A DNA stretch of 64,000 nucleotides from an uncultured Bacteroidales bacterium (GCA_963717995.1 CAVQXX010000015.1:4613-68612), one strand, 5' to 3'; positions 43,327-54,135 are shown, counted from the stretch's first letter. The notes: a model not told the origin generated them from the letters alone. A program made the numbers and translations.

Positions 43327-43965
43327 ATGACTTTAAAGGAACGATACACTGGCGTTATTGAATACTTCCAGAAGAATATGCCGGTAGCTGAAACTGAATT
43401 GCACTACGCCGATGCCTTTGAACTGGCAGTAGCGGTGATCCTTTCTGCACAGTGTACTGACAAAAGGGTGAATATGATCGTTCCTGCCCTGATGGAGCGG
43501 TATCCCACGCCGGAAGCCATGGCACGGGCTACTCCTGAGGAAATATTTATGTATATAAAGAGCTGTTCCTATCCGAACAACAAGGCAAAACACCTGGCAG
43601 CCATGGCACGCAAGGTGGTTAGCGATTTTGGGGGCCGGATACCCGAAACCATTGAGGAACTGATGACATTGCCGGGCGTGGGCCGTAAAACCGCCAATGT
43701 AATTACTCTTGTTGTATACGGAAATCCTGCGATGCCAGTGGATACCCATGTATTCAGGGTTTCGGACCGACTGGGTCTGACAATGGGGGCAAAAACACCA
43801 CTTGAAACTGAAAATCAGCTGGTGAGTCATTTGCCCCGTAAGTTGCTGTCCATCGCCCATCACTGGCTGATCCTTCACGGACGGTATGTATGTACCGCGA
43901 GAAAACCACAATGTACGGTTTGCGGGCTTAAATCGTATTGCCGATATTACGAAACCCTGCAATAG
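43327..43965 (+). CDS. nth: Endonuclease III
   Basis: ILSAQCTDKRVN, HhH LPGVGRKTANV, VDTHV and Fe-S motif CTARKPQCTVCGLKSYC. Confidence 0.97.
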   Translation: MTLKERYTGVIEYFQKNMPVAETELHYADAFELAVAVILSAQCTDKRVNMIVPALMERYPTPEAMARATPEEIFMYIKSCSYPNNKAKHLAAMARKVVSDFGGRIPETIEELMTLPGVGRKTANVITLVVYGNPAMPVDTHVFRVSDRLGLTMGAKTPLETENQLVSHLPRKLLSIAHHWLILHGRYVCTARKPQCTVCGLKSYCRYYETLQ

Positions 43966-44008
43966 GGAGATTCTTCGATTTTGCAGTTTTGCAGTATTAC
44001 AGTTGGGA

Positions 44009-44124
44009 GCCTTCGGAGTTCGATATTCGATATTCCCCCGATGGATCGGGGCAGGCTTTGTTCGGTGTTATTTTACGTCAAAATAATATTGAACAAGGAA
44101 CATCGAACTCCGAACTCCGAAGGC
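44009..44124. repeat. 116-bp long inverted-repeat element with a nested mini-palindrome
   Basis: 14-bp perfect terminal IR gccttcggagttcg / cgaactccgaaggc; inner stem; nested ccccgat-gg-atcgggg at 44036-44051. Confidence 0.75.
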
Positions 44125-44309
44125 AAACATTCACAAAATGAGTTTATTAAACAAAAAACACACAATTGTTCATATCCTGTTAAATATTGAAATCCAAAAA
44201 AGGTTATAAAAGAGTAACTTTAATGAAATTTCGACGTTATAAATACCTGAATTACGATTCAAAACTTTATCAAAAGCAGGATTGACCCACTAACTAACAT
44301 AATTAACTC

Positions 44310-45248
44310 ATGCGACTCATTTACTCAAATCTACGGCTGGCCAGTGTTATTTTCCTCCTGGGATTGTCGTTAGTGAATTATTCGTGCAAATCCGGAAAGG
44401 CAAAGCTGGATAAAGAAACCGGTCTTGAAGGTTTTCTCACCGAAGAAGACATTTTTGATGATATTGACAAGGCCAAGAAAATATTTTATTCACTTCCTTC
44501 TCCTCTTGAAACTGCCATGTTACTGAAGTCTGCGGGCATTAGTTACAGTGAGCAGGTACTCAATGACCTGGGCAGTGTGGATAAATATTCAACGAACAAA
44601 AGCAAGGCCATTAACCTCGGTATCTATACAACCGACCTGAGTTTTGCCAGCCTGTTCGATCAGCCGCAGACATCGCTCAAATATATGGATGCAACCAGGA
44701 AGCTCGCCAATGAGATGGGCATCAGTGACGCTGTTGATGAGGAAACGATGAATCGCCTGAAGCAAAATTTAAACAACCGTGATATTGTAATGGATGTGAT
44801 TTCAGAAACATTTCTGAATACAAGTGCCTACCTGAAGGAAAATGATCAGCAGGCTGTTGCCGCAATGGTTCTGGTAGGTGGATGGGTCGAAGGTTTATAT
44901 ATAGGTACCAAGATGATCGGCAATAATCCTATTGAAGGAAATAAACTGGTAGATCGCATTGCTGAACAAAAACTTTCCTTTAGCATTGTTGAAAGGATGT
45001 TACAGGACAACAGGAAGAACCAGAAAGGTGAAGAAAACCGCGATATCATTGAGATGATCAATGAATTGCACGCACTGAAAATGGCTTTTGATAAAATTGA
45101 GGTTAAAACTTCTTCCGTTAAGGTAGAAGAAGGAGATGCTGCCAGTGGCAGTATGTTAAAATCACAGACAAAAATAAAAGTTACCCCTGAGGCTTTCAAA
45201 GAACTTCAGGCAACCGTTCAGTCATTAAGGAATAACTTCGTTCAATAA
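44310..45248 (+). CDS. Conserved hypothetical alpha-helical lipoprotein
   Basis: Lipobox VNYSC; LPSPLE, AINLGIYTTDL and GGWVEGLYI motifs; clean 312-aa ORF. Confidence 0.75.
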   Translation: MRLIYSNLRLASVIFLLGLSLVNYSCKSGKAKLDKETGLEGFLTEEDIFDDIDKAKKIFYSLPSPLETAMLLKSAGISYSEQVLNDLGSVDKYSTNKSKAINLGIYTTDLSFASLFDQPQTSLKYMDATRKLANEMGISDAVDEETMNRLKQNLNNRDIVMDVISETFLNTSAYLKENDQQAVAAMVLVGGWVEGLYIGTKMIGNNPIEGNKLVDRIAEQKLSFSIVERMLQDNRKNQKGEENRDIIEMINELHALKMAFDKIEVKTSSVKVEEGDAASGSMLKSQTKIKVTPEAFKELQATVQSLRNNFVQ

Positions 45249-45259
45249 AACAGAGACGT

Positions 45260-45706
45260 ATGAAAAAGTATTTGCCGTATATCATAACACTGATTGTTGT
45301 TACAGTACTTGTCCTGCCTGTGCAGGCCCAGTGTAAAGGATTTGCCAAAAATCTCTGCAAGTCTGAACTTACAGGTTATACCCATGATGGTAACTATCAT
45401 GCTGCTATTCTCACAGAAGGTGAAGAAGCTGAATTGTACAAAACATTTTATTCGGGTCAGAAATACCGTCTCGCGGTTTGCGGATCAGAAATATTACCTG
45501 GCATTGAATACCAGGTGGTTGATGCCTATAAAAATGTGCTTTACGACAACCGCCAGCATAATAATTCAACGGTCTGGGATTTTACCCTTGAATCGAGCCA
45601 GCAACTGAAGGTAATTGTCAAGGTACCGGTATCCGACAAAAAATCGGAGATCCCTGAAAGCGGATGCGTGTCGATTATGTTCGGTTTCCAGGAGGTTAAA
45701 AAATAG
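45260..45706 (+). CDS. Secreted hypothetical protein with paired cysteines
   Basis: Signal peptide ending AQ-C; QCKGFAKNLC, TFYSGQKYRLAVC and GCVSIMFGF. Confidence 0.75.
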   Translation: MKKYLPYIITLIVVTVLVLPVQAQCKGFAKNLCKSELTGYTHDGNYHAAILTEGEEAELYKTFYSGQKYRLAVCGSEILPGIEYQVVDAYKNVLYDNRQHNNSTVWDFTLESSQQLKVIVKVPVSDKKSEIPESGCVSIMFGFQEVKK

Positions 45707-45782
45707 GCTGAAGGCTAGGCTAAGGCTGACTGAGGCTGCATAGGCTGAAGGCTAACGAGGCTTCTAGGCTGACAGAGGAAAA

Positions 45783-45815
45783 AAGACCTCCGGGGTTAGA
45801 TACAACGGAGGTCTT
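45783..45815. terminator. Hairpin between convergent genes (possible terminator or REP)
   Basis: 10-bp stem aagacctccg ... cggaggtctt, preceded by an A-run. Confidence 0.55.
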
Positions 45816-45936
45816 GTCATTTGTGGGCATGAGATTGCCATCCCATTAGCCCCTGAGCCACAAGTCCGATGGCGGAGTGTTGGGTGGAATGCCAGATTTT
45901 CTACCGACAGGCAATCCCTACAGGATTTCTTTTCGC

Positions 45937-45968
45937 AATCGTAAATCGTAAATCGTAAATCGTAAATC
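45937..45968. repeat. Tandem heptamer array (AATCGTA) x4.5
   Basis: Read directly. Confidence 0.9.
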
Positions 45969-45974
45969 TATTTT

Positions 45975-48870
45975 CTACCGACATTTAATTCCTCCGGATT
46001 TTTCTTCCTTGTCCCTTGTCCCTTGTCCCTTGTCTTGTTCCTTGTCCCAAGTCCCTAGTCTCCTTGTTAATTTTCCTTTCAAAAATTTTCCCGTATAGGA
46101 TTTCCCGCACTTTACCAGGTCCTCCGGTGTGCCCTCAAACACAAGATATCCACCGGCATCACCCCCCTCGGGTCCAAGATCGATTACCCAGTCTGCCGTT
46201 TTTATCACTTCAGGGTTGTGTTCAATGATCACAATGGTATGTCCTTTGGCAATCAGTGCCATGAATGCATCCAGCAATTTTTTGATGTCGTGAAAATGTA
46301 ATCCCGTTGTGGGCTCATCAAAGATGAACATCATGTGAATGTCGCTTTTTTCCTGTCCCAGGAACGATGCCAGTTTCACCCTCTGGCTTTCCCCACCGCT
46401 GAGTGTTGAAGAGGATTGCCCCAGTTTCACATACCCGAGACCAACATCGGCCAGGGGCATCATTTTTTTTATAATTGCCTTTTCAGAACTCCCCTTATGG
46501 GCTCCGAAAAATGCAATCGCCTCATCCACGGTGAGATCCAGCACATCATAAATACTCTTACCTTCAAAATGTACGTCAAGCACCTCATCCTTGAACCGCT
46601 TTCCATGACAGCTGTCGCATAGCAGGTGAACATCAGCCATAAACTGCATTTCCACCTTGATTTCTCCTTCGCCCTGGCATTCTTCGCATCTGCCGCCATC
46701 AATATTGAAAGAAAAATGCGACGGCGTGAAACCGTTGTATTTCGAAAGCTGCTGGTTGGCAAACAGTTTTCTGATCTCGTCGAATGCCTTGATGTAGGTA
46801 ACCGGGTTGGATCGTGATGACTTGCCGATCGGGTTCTGATCCACGAATTCGATGCCATTGAGCAGGTGCAGATCCCCGTTGATGCTGTTGAACTGTCCGC
46901 CTTTATCCCCGGCACCATTGATCAGCTTGTTAAGCGCAGGGAAAAGAATTCCTTTTATAAGTGATGATTTTCCTGATCCGCTCACCCCTGTTATTACTGT
47001 CATCACATTCAGCGGAATGCGGATTGTCAGATTTTTCAGATTGTTTTCACGTGCACCGGCAATTTCAATGAAATTGTTCCATTTGCGCCTGAAATCAGGC
47101 ACTTCAATTTTTTTCTCACCGCGCAGGTAGTTTGCCGTAAGTCCCTTATCCTGTTTGATCAGATTGGTGTAGCTGCCATGATAAATGACTTCACCACCCA
47201 ACCTTCCGGCCAGGGGTCCGATGTCAATGATGTCATCAGCAGCACGTATGATCTCTTCTTCATGTTCCACCACCACCACTGTGTTGCCAATGTCGCGCAG
47301 GTCTTTCAGCACTTTTACAAGCAACCCGGTATCCCGCGGATGCAATCCGATGCTTGGCTCATCGAGTATGTACAGGGATCCCACCAGGCTGCTTCCCAGT
47401 GTGGTGGCAAGGTTTATGCGCTGGGATTCGCCACCGGACAGGGTGGAAGAAAGCCGGTTAAGCGTGAGGTATCCAAGGCCTACTTCATTCAAAAACTGCA
47501 GCCGGGTTTGAATTTCAACCAGGATCCTTCCGGCAACTTTTTGCTCATGTGCATCAAGGTTGATTGAATTGAAAAATTCACTCAGCTTTGCTGCCGGCAT
47601 GAGAACCAGGTCCTGTAAAGGTGTTCCGCCAACTTTAACATAGGATGCTTCCTTTTTCAGACGGGTTCCACGGCATTCGGGACAGGTGGTCTTTCCCCTG
47701 TAACGGGCAAGCATCACACGGTACTGAATCTTATATTTCTTGGTTTCAACATAATCGAAAAAACTGTAGATGCCCTTAAAGAAGCGGTTCCCATTCCATA
47801 ATACCCGCTTTTGTTCATCGGTGAGTTCAAAATAGGGGCGATGGATCGGAAAATTAAACTTATCGGCATTGTAAACCAGCTTGTCTTTCCATTTGCTCAT
47901 TTTTTCGCCCTTCCAGCATACAATGGCCTCATCATAAACCGACAGGCTTTTATCCGGAATGACCAGATCCTCGTCGATGCCGATCACCTTTCCGTATCCT
48001 TCACATAGGGGACAGGCCCCGATGGGATTATTAAAGCTGAACATGTGAACGGTGGGTTCTTCAAACCGGATGCCATCTTCTTCAAACGCATCGCTGAATA
48101 AACGGATGTGGGGATCTTCACCCACTGATTTGATGATGCAGATCCCATCCCCGATGCGGAATGCCATCTGGGCTGAATCGGCAAACCGGCTTTTGGAATC
48201 TTCATCAGTTACCACTGTGATCCTGTCAATGACAATATTCACAGGATCGCCGCTATCCGGAGAATACCGGATTATGGCCTCTTCGAGTTTAAGCACCTCA
48301 TCGTTGATCTCAATGCGCGTAATGCCCTGCTGTTTCAGATCTTCCAGCTTTTGTGCAAAGCTCAGTCCCGAATTTAGCTTCATGGGGCTGAGGATCATCA
48401 TTCGCTCATTAACAGGACGTGAAACAATATAATCCACTACGTCAGTGGGCGTTTCTTTTTTTACCTGCTTTCCTGAAACCGGGGAGTGAGTCCTGCCAAT
48501 CCTTGCATAAAGCAGTTTCAGATAATCGTATATCTCGGTGGATGTGCCAACGGTGGATCGCGGATTACGGGTATTCACCCTTTGTTCAATGGCAATTGCC
48601 GGTGGAAGACCCTTGATAAAATCCACTTCCGGCTTGTTCATCCTGCCCAGGAACTGTCGTGCATATGACGATAGACTTTCCACGTAACGCCGTTGTCCCT
48701 CCGCATAAATGGTGTCAAAAGCCAGGGATGATTTTCCTGAGCCCGACAGATCCCGTGATCACTACCAGTTTGTCCCGCGGAATGGAAACACTGATGTTTT
48801 TCAGATTATGGACCCTTGCTCCTGAAACTATGATTGAGTTATTTTCGTATAAGGATTGTTCAGCCGACAT
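45975..48870 (-). CDS. uvrA: Excinuclease ABC subunit A (frameshift near 48750)
   Basis: Manual N-terminus MSAEQ...[10 protein letters not shown]...[30 protein letters not shown]; two ABC cassettes (LSGGESQR) and Zn fingers. Confidence 0.96.
46007..46063. repeat. Tandem heptamer array (CCTTGTC)n at the uvrA 3' end
   Basis: Four perfect copies followed by degenerate ones. Confidence 0.88.
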
Positions 48871-49034
48871 AAAAAAGTTCAGAGATTAGTTAGCATTTTT
48901 TAATTATTTGAATTACTTTCGGCAAAAATATTGCTTTATTTAATAATATTGCGGTAATTCGCAAACTAAACTAACAACCGGAGGAGAGCCTATCGCCACA
49001 ATTCTACTTTGCTTTTAAACTCAAAAAGGAGGTA

Positions 49035-49628
49035 GTGTTGAATAACATTTATTTAACTGACAATGAACTTGTAGACAAGTTCGTCAGTGGCGATGGTAAT
49101 AGCCTTGAATTGCTCATAAACCGGTATCGGAAACAGGTCTACACCTACATCTTCCTGCTTGTAAAGAATCAACATCTGGCTGAAGACATATTTCAGGATA
49201 CCTTTATTAAAGTAATTAAGTCTCTTGACGACGGAAAATATCGTGACAACGGTAAATTCCTTGCATGGGTTCTTCGGATTGCCCATAACCTGGTTATTGA
49301 TCATTACAGAAAGGAAAAACAACTGAATTCTTCCTCACGTGAAGATTTCGGTATGGATATCCTGAATTCACAAAAGTATGCTGTGCGACCGGCAGAAGAC
49401 GGTATGATCGACAGGCAGATACGGAAAGATATCAGGGAACTTGTTGATAGTCTGCCCATCGAACAAAAAGAGGTACTCATTCTGAGGCAATACTGCGAAT
49501 TAAGTTTCAAAGAAATTGCCGAGCATACCAATGTGAGTATCAATACGGCACTTGGACGTATGCGTTATGCGCTGATCAATCTCCGGAGGATGGTAAAGGA
49601 ACGGAATCTCACGCTGACGGCTTCTTGA
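49035..49628 (+). CDS. ECF-type RNA polymerase sigma factor
   Basis: AEDIFQDTFIK and WVLRIAHNLVIDHYRK (region 2); LSFKEIAE...SINTALGRMRYA (region 4). Confidence 0.95.
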   Translation: MLNNIYLTDNELVDKFVSGDGNSLELLINRYRKQVYTYIFLLVKNQHLAEDIFQDTFIKVIKSLDDGKYRDNGKFLAWVLRIAHNLVIDHYRKEKQLNSSSREDFGMDILNSQKYAVRPAEDGMIDRQIRKDIRELVDSLPIEQKEVLILRQYCELSFKEIAEHTNVSINTALGRMRYALINLRRMVKERNLTLTAS

Positions 49629-49804
49629 AGGGACCAGGGACCAGGGACAAGGGACGAGGGACATAGGAATTATGAATTATGAATGATAAATGATGAATTG
49701 CGCGAAGCGGTTATGATATTTCGCAGAGCGTATGGTGGGGGTATTGCGGTGGACATCATGCAATTCTGCAGTTTCCTTCATAATTCATAATTCATAATTC
49801 ATAA
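49629..49804. repeat. Heptamer arrays: (AGGGACN) x5, then inverted (AATTATG)n ... (TTCATAA) x4
   Basis: Read directly at 49629-49663, 49668-49699 and 49777-49804. Confidence 0.85.
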
Positions 49805-49947
49805 TTTCATTATCTTTCTTTTATCTCATCACTAATTACTTATCACTCATTTCTTCTTTTCAAAAAAAATATTATCTTTAACACAATTTGTCAATAATTT
49901 GGTACGTTCTATTCCTGTAATTTTATTATTAACCTAATAATATACAT

Positions 49948-50172
49948 ATGGACAGAACCTTTACGATGAATGGTTCAACCAAATTCTCCGATGACAGTGA
50001 AACAGAGCTTATAAAACTTGCAGGATTCCTCGAAAGCGAGGAATTGGAGGTAATAGGGTCATACCTGAAAGGCCTTCAGAGCGATGTAAATGATGAAGTG
50101 ATCAAAAGGATCGTGGACTTCTCAAGAAATTACACACGAAAGAATCCTGCAAAGGAGAATGCGGCTTATTGA
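49948..50172 (+). CDS. Small hypothetical protein downstream of the ECF sigma
   Basis: 74-aa ORF with an AT-rich upstream region; amphipathic tail VNDEVIKRIVDFSR. Confidence 0.55.
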   Translation: MDRTFTMNGSTKFSDDSETELIKLAGFLESEELEVIGSYLKGLQSDVNDEVIKRIVDFSRNYTRKNPAKENAAY

Positions 50173-51152
50173 ATCGAAATTGAACTGTTAAGAAACCGTT
50201 GGATTTGAATCCAGCGGTTTTTTTCTCCCAGCTTGTCCAGTACGTCCATCGTTTCCTTTACTGCTTTTGCGCTGTCATGGAGCTTTCCCTTTTCCTCGTC
50301 TGTGAGGTGCAATTCAATGATCCTTTCGACGCCATTTTTACCGAGTACAACAGGAACCCCGACAAAAACATTATCCAGTCCGTATTCTCCTTCGAGTTTA
50401 ATACAGCATGGAAATACCCGCTTATGGTTACGGGTAATGGCTTCAGCCATGCGGGCTGCGGCAGATCCAGGCGCATACCAGGCTGATGTGCCCATTAATT
50501 TAACCAGTTCGCCGCCTCCCTGCGCCGTACGTTCGGTAATTGCATCAATGCGGTCTTTGGACAGAAGCTCGGTAATGGGTATTCCGGATACAGTAGTATA
50601 TCGTGGCAGGGGTACCATGGTGTCTCCATGACCTCCCAGAAGCAAGGCGCTGATATCTTTAGGGGAAACGTTCAGCTCATCGGCGATAAATGCCTTATAC
50701 CGCCCTGTGTCCAGTACACCGGCCATACCCATTACGCGGGTCCGTGGAAACCGGGAAGTGATGTAGGCCTGGTAAGTCATCACGTCAAGCGGATTTGAAA
50801 CGACGATAATGATCGCACAGGGAGAATATTGAATGACCTGTTCTGTCACACTTTTTACAATAACCGAGTTCGTTTCAATCAAATCATCACGGCTCATCCC
50901 GGGTTTACGGGGAAGTCCCGATGTTATGACAACAACCGTAGAATTGGCGGTGGGTAAATAATTATTGGTAACGCCAATCGTCCTGGAATTAAAACGATCG
51001 ATGGGAGCGCTTTGCCAGATATCGAGTGCCTTGCCTTCGGCAATTCCGGGTTTAATATCAACCAGAACGATTTCATGGGCTGCATCCCTGTGTGCAAGAA
51101 CATCGGCACAAGTTGCCCCTACGTTCCCGGCTCCGACTACTGTAATCTTCAT
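50166..51152 (-). CDS. mdh: Malate dehydrogenase (LDH-like)
   Basis: VVGAGNVG, GKALD, TSGLPRKPGMSRDDL, VSNPLD, GGHGD and SAWYAPG. Confidence 0.96.
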   Translation of the reverse strand: MKITVVGAGNVGATCADVLAHRDAAHEIVLVDIKPGIAEGKALDIWQSAPIDRFNSRTIGVTNNYLPTANSTVVVITSGLPRKPGMSRDDLIETNSVIVKSVTEQVIQYSPCAIIIVVSNPLDVMTYQAYITSRFPRTRVMGMAGVLDTGRYKAFIADELNVSPKDISALLLGGHGDTMVPLPRYTTVSGIPITELLSKDRIDAITERTAQGGGELVKLMGTSAWYAPGSAAARMAEAITRNHKRVFPCCIKLEGEYGLDNVFVGVPVVLGKNGVERIIELHLTDEEKGKLHDSAKAVKETMDVLDKLGEKNRWIQIQRFLNSSISIQ

Positions 51153-51250
51153 ATAATTTGGGATATTTAATTTATGAAATTGAATTTATATTACACCCGT
51201 ACTTGTTCCAAAAATAGTAATTGTTTAACAATTATTTTTGGATTTGGTTG

Positions 51251-52259
51251 TTACAACTTTCGTATCCGGATTGTATATGCCTGTTTGGGATTTTCCTGTA
51301 GCAATTGTTTCCAGTCGTTTTCTGTAAATCCTGCCTGAACCAGTGCCGGCTTTAAATGGGTGAAAATGGCAGTATAACCCCTGAATATAATACCTGTAGG
51401 GTTTATTACATCATACCAACCGGCATCATGCGATATCAAAGCACGGTTCAACAGTCCGTTTTTTTTCAGATTCAACAGGGCTGCCACATAGTAGGGAATA
51501 TTGTTTTCCATCACATTATCCAGTGATATCCAGGCTCCCATTCGTGCCACAATCAGATGGGTATTTATGCTGTCGGCCTGTGCATGCGTCCATATAAAGG
51601 CAGACGGATCAACGCCTTCATTTTTCAGGATGGTTAATTCAGCCACGTGCCGTTTTGAATGGACCTGTATGTGCGTTGATTGTAAGTCCTGTTTTCAGAT
51701 GGGTCCTGGCAGCAGCCCTGACAAGTTTTTCATGAACCTGTGATAATACGGTGTCAGGAGGTACCGCAATCTTAATAAAACCCGGACGGATACCCGTGGC
51801 TCCGATACCATTTTCCCATTCGTCAATCCACCTGCCGGAAATCTGATCAGCCGTTTCATCAAAGGCCGATTTGGGTATGGCCTTGTTGTCAATTGCCCCG
51901 TAATATCCTGTATTGGTTACCAAATTCAGGCCGCTTGCCCGGGAAAGCTGCTGCAAAAGTCCGGGATCCCTTCCCAGGTAAGCAGGAGTACATTCGATGA
52001 TGGATTCAACTCCCATCTTTTTTGCTTCCATCAGGAAGGGCAGTACCATGGAAACGACAGTGTCTTTATTCCACCGATGAAAACCTGTACTGTCAGCCCC
52101 GATGAAATCCACCAAAAAATGCTCATGGGGCAGGGTAGTGCCTAATTCACTAATGGGAAGGGGGCCGTTTACGGTCATGACAATATCCTGTTCCTTCCGG
52201 CATCCATTCAGAATGAATGCTGCCAGCAATCCGGCAATCATAAGTCTGTTTATTCGCAT
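51251..52259 (-). CDS. Phosphotriesterase/lactonase-family lipoprotein (frameshift near 51650)
   Basis: Lipobox LNGC; VMTVNGP, TLPHEH, GRD, GFIKI, HTG, THAQ and LISHDAG. Confidence 0.88.
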
Positions 52260-52261
52260 GG

Positions 52262-54038
52262 CTATTTGCAGTAAATTGGGGCGCTGCATGAAGAAACCCC
52301 GTTTTCATTGAAAGCTTCAATCGCAAAATAGTAATCCTGTCCCCTGGTGAGTGCACGGATCTCAAGTTTGTTCCCCTCATCAGCAAACCGCTGATAAGTC
52401 TGATATAGCTTGTCTGGTTTAATACCCCACCGGATATTGTACCCGGTGACACCCGGAACCGGATCCCAGGAGATGAATACGTTGCGCGGGTCCGTATCCC
52501 GTTCAGCCTTGAAATGCTTCGGGGTTTTCGGCATTTTGCCATCACCCAGTCCAAATACCCTGATATCACTGATGGCAAGGTTATGCGAGGCCACATACAC
52601 ATGCTCATACTTGATAAATCTTGTTTTCACGGGTTCTGGGCAGTTCAATATACGCATTGGGCCGGTCACGCTTTTCTCCGGTAAGATCAGCCAGCAATTC
52701 CCAATGCTGACCATCGGCTGAATGATAAAGCATAAACCGGGTATACACAGTGGAATCGCTGTCATAGATCCCGGATTTGTAGTCAGTAAAATTTACCTGC
52801 ACTGCGCGTACATCACATGTTTTCAGCAGGTCCACCGTGATCCATTCTCCCTTGTTCCGTGTGTTGGCCACCCAGTAAGTCCTTGGGTTTTCATCGGTTA
52901 CTTTTGCGGCTGCAAAGGTATCCCTTACGGAGGATGCAGTACATGGTTTCCTGTACGACAGGAGCATCCACCCGGTAAAAAGCTCATCAGGATTTGTCCA
53001 TTTGCCGGCAGGAAGGTAATGGGGAAAATCGCCAAACCGGGTATTGGAAAACATCTGGCCATCCCTGTCGAATCCTGCCGGAAACATGGCTATTCGCCGT
53101 TCAAAATTCCAGTTAACTGCGATCCACGGGGTTCCCGTGTTCCAGTAATTGCCATAATTGTCCTGAAATGTATTTCCATGTCCCGCCCCTTGCACAAAAC
53201 CTCCCGGTTTATAGGAAACCGGATTATAGGGAGCATAGGTAAACGGACCCAGCGGATCATCACCCACATAGGTACCATTTGCATAAACATTATATTCCGT
53301 GCCGGGCGCTCCGTACTGCAAGTAATACCTGCCGTTGAATTTTGTCATCCAGGCTCCTTCAGTAAAGGGTTTGATCGTATCGCGGTGATCGCGGCCGAAA
53401 CGTTCCCAGCCATGATTGGCAGGATCGAGATACATCATGGGTTTTGAAGTGCCAACATAGGTGAGGTCGTTTACTGTGATCGAGCTCGATGCCGTAAATG
53501 GGGAAAACATTTGACGATCCCCAGTACATAAACCATCTGTCCGTATCATCATCATGAAAAATGCAGGGATCCCACGGACCGGTTGCACCCGGCAATCTGG
53601 GCAGCAGCCGGTTGAAAAACTTCAGATGCCCGTTCCATGGCGTAGTTGTGCTGAAAATAGGGCGCAGGTCAAAGGTACTCTGGAAAAGATACAGGGTATC
53701 CCGGACGGACAAGGCAGCCGGGGCGCACATATCTTCCATGGGCCATTTGTCAGGAACAACATAATCCCAGTGGATCAGATCCTTTGAATGCCACCATCCG
53801 CCTGAAATGGTTACAAACAGATAATATTCCCCCCGGTGATTTACGATGACCGGATCTGCACCGGAACGGTAGGATATCTTTTCATTCAGCTGTTCAAAGT
53901 TGTAACGGTAATTGATATCCATCGGGTTACAGTAAGTCTTCTGGATCGGGGTTCTGGTGCTGGATTCGATGCGGTTGGAGTTTGGGCACTAATCCCCAAT
54001 GGGATCAGAAGAAACAGGATTGAAGGAAGGAACTTCAT
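52262..54038 (-). CDS. GH43 glycoside hydrolase with F5/8 (discoidin) and FN3 domains (frameshifts near 53470 and 52625)
   Basis: TYCNPMDINY, SGADP, WDP, EGAWMTK, YLQYGAPGTE and GAGHG; C-terminal FN3 (GYNIRWG, IEAFNENG). Confidence 0.87.
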
Positions 54039-54135
54039 TTTTCGTTAGCCTATGTTAAGCCAATATGCAATTTACAAAATTTAGACATAAAAAAGGCGGA
54101 ATCGCCAATTCGGCCGTCCTTATATGGGATTTCAA

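Noticed and set aside
33937-43921. nth repeat pair as a DGR template/variable repeat (both mismatches are A on the minus strand of the orphan copy)
   Set aside because: Only two mismatches, adenines on the wrong strand relative to the coding target, no reverse transcriptase or Avd in the window, and nth is an implausible target.
43333-43962. 209-aa ORF antisense to nth, and similar antisense ORFs over 22745-23686 and 52722-53447
   Set aside because: They mirror well-supported genes on the other strand and have no recognisable motifs.
45975-46070. Novel C-terminal domain on UvrA
   Set aside because: The tail is just the translation of the CCTTGTC array; it is likely a lost stop or a neutral extension.
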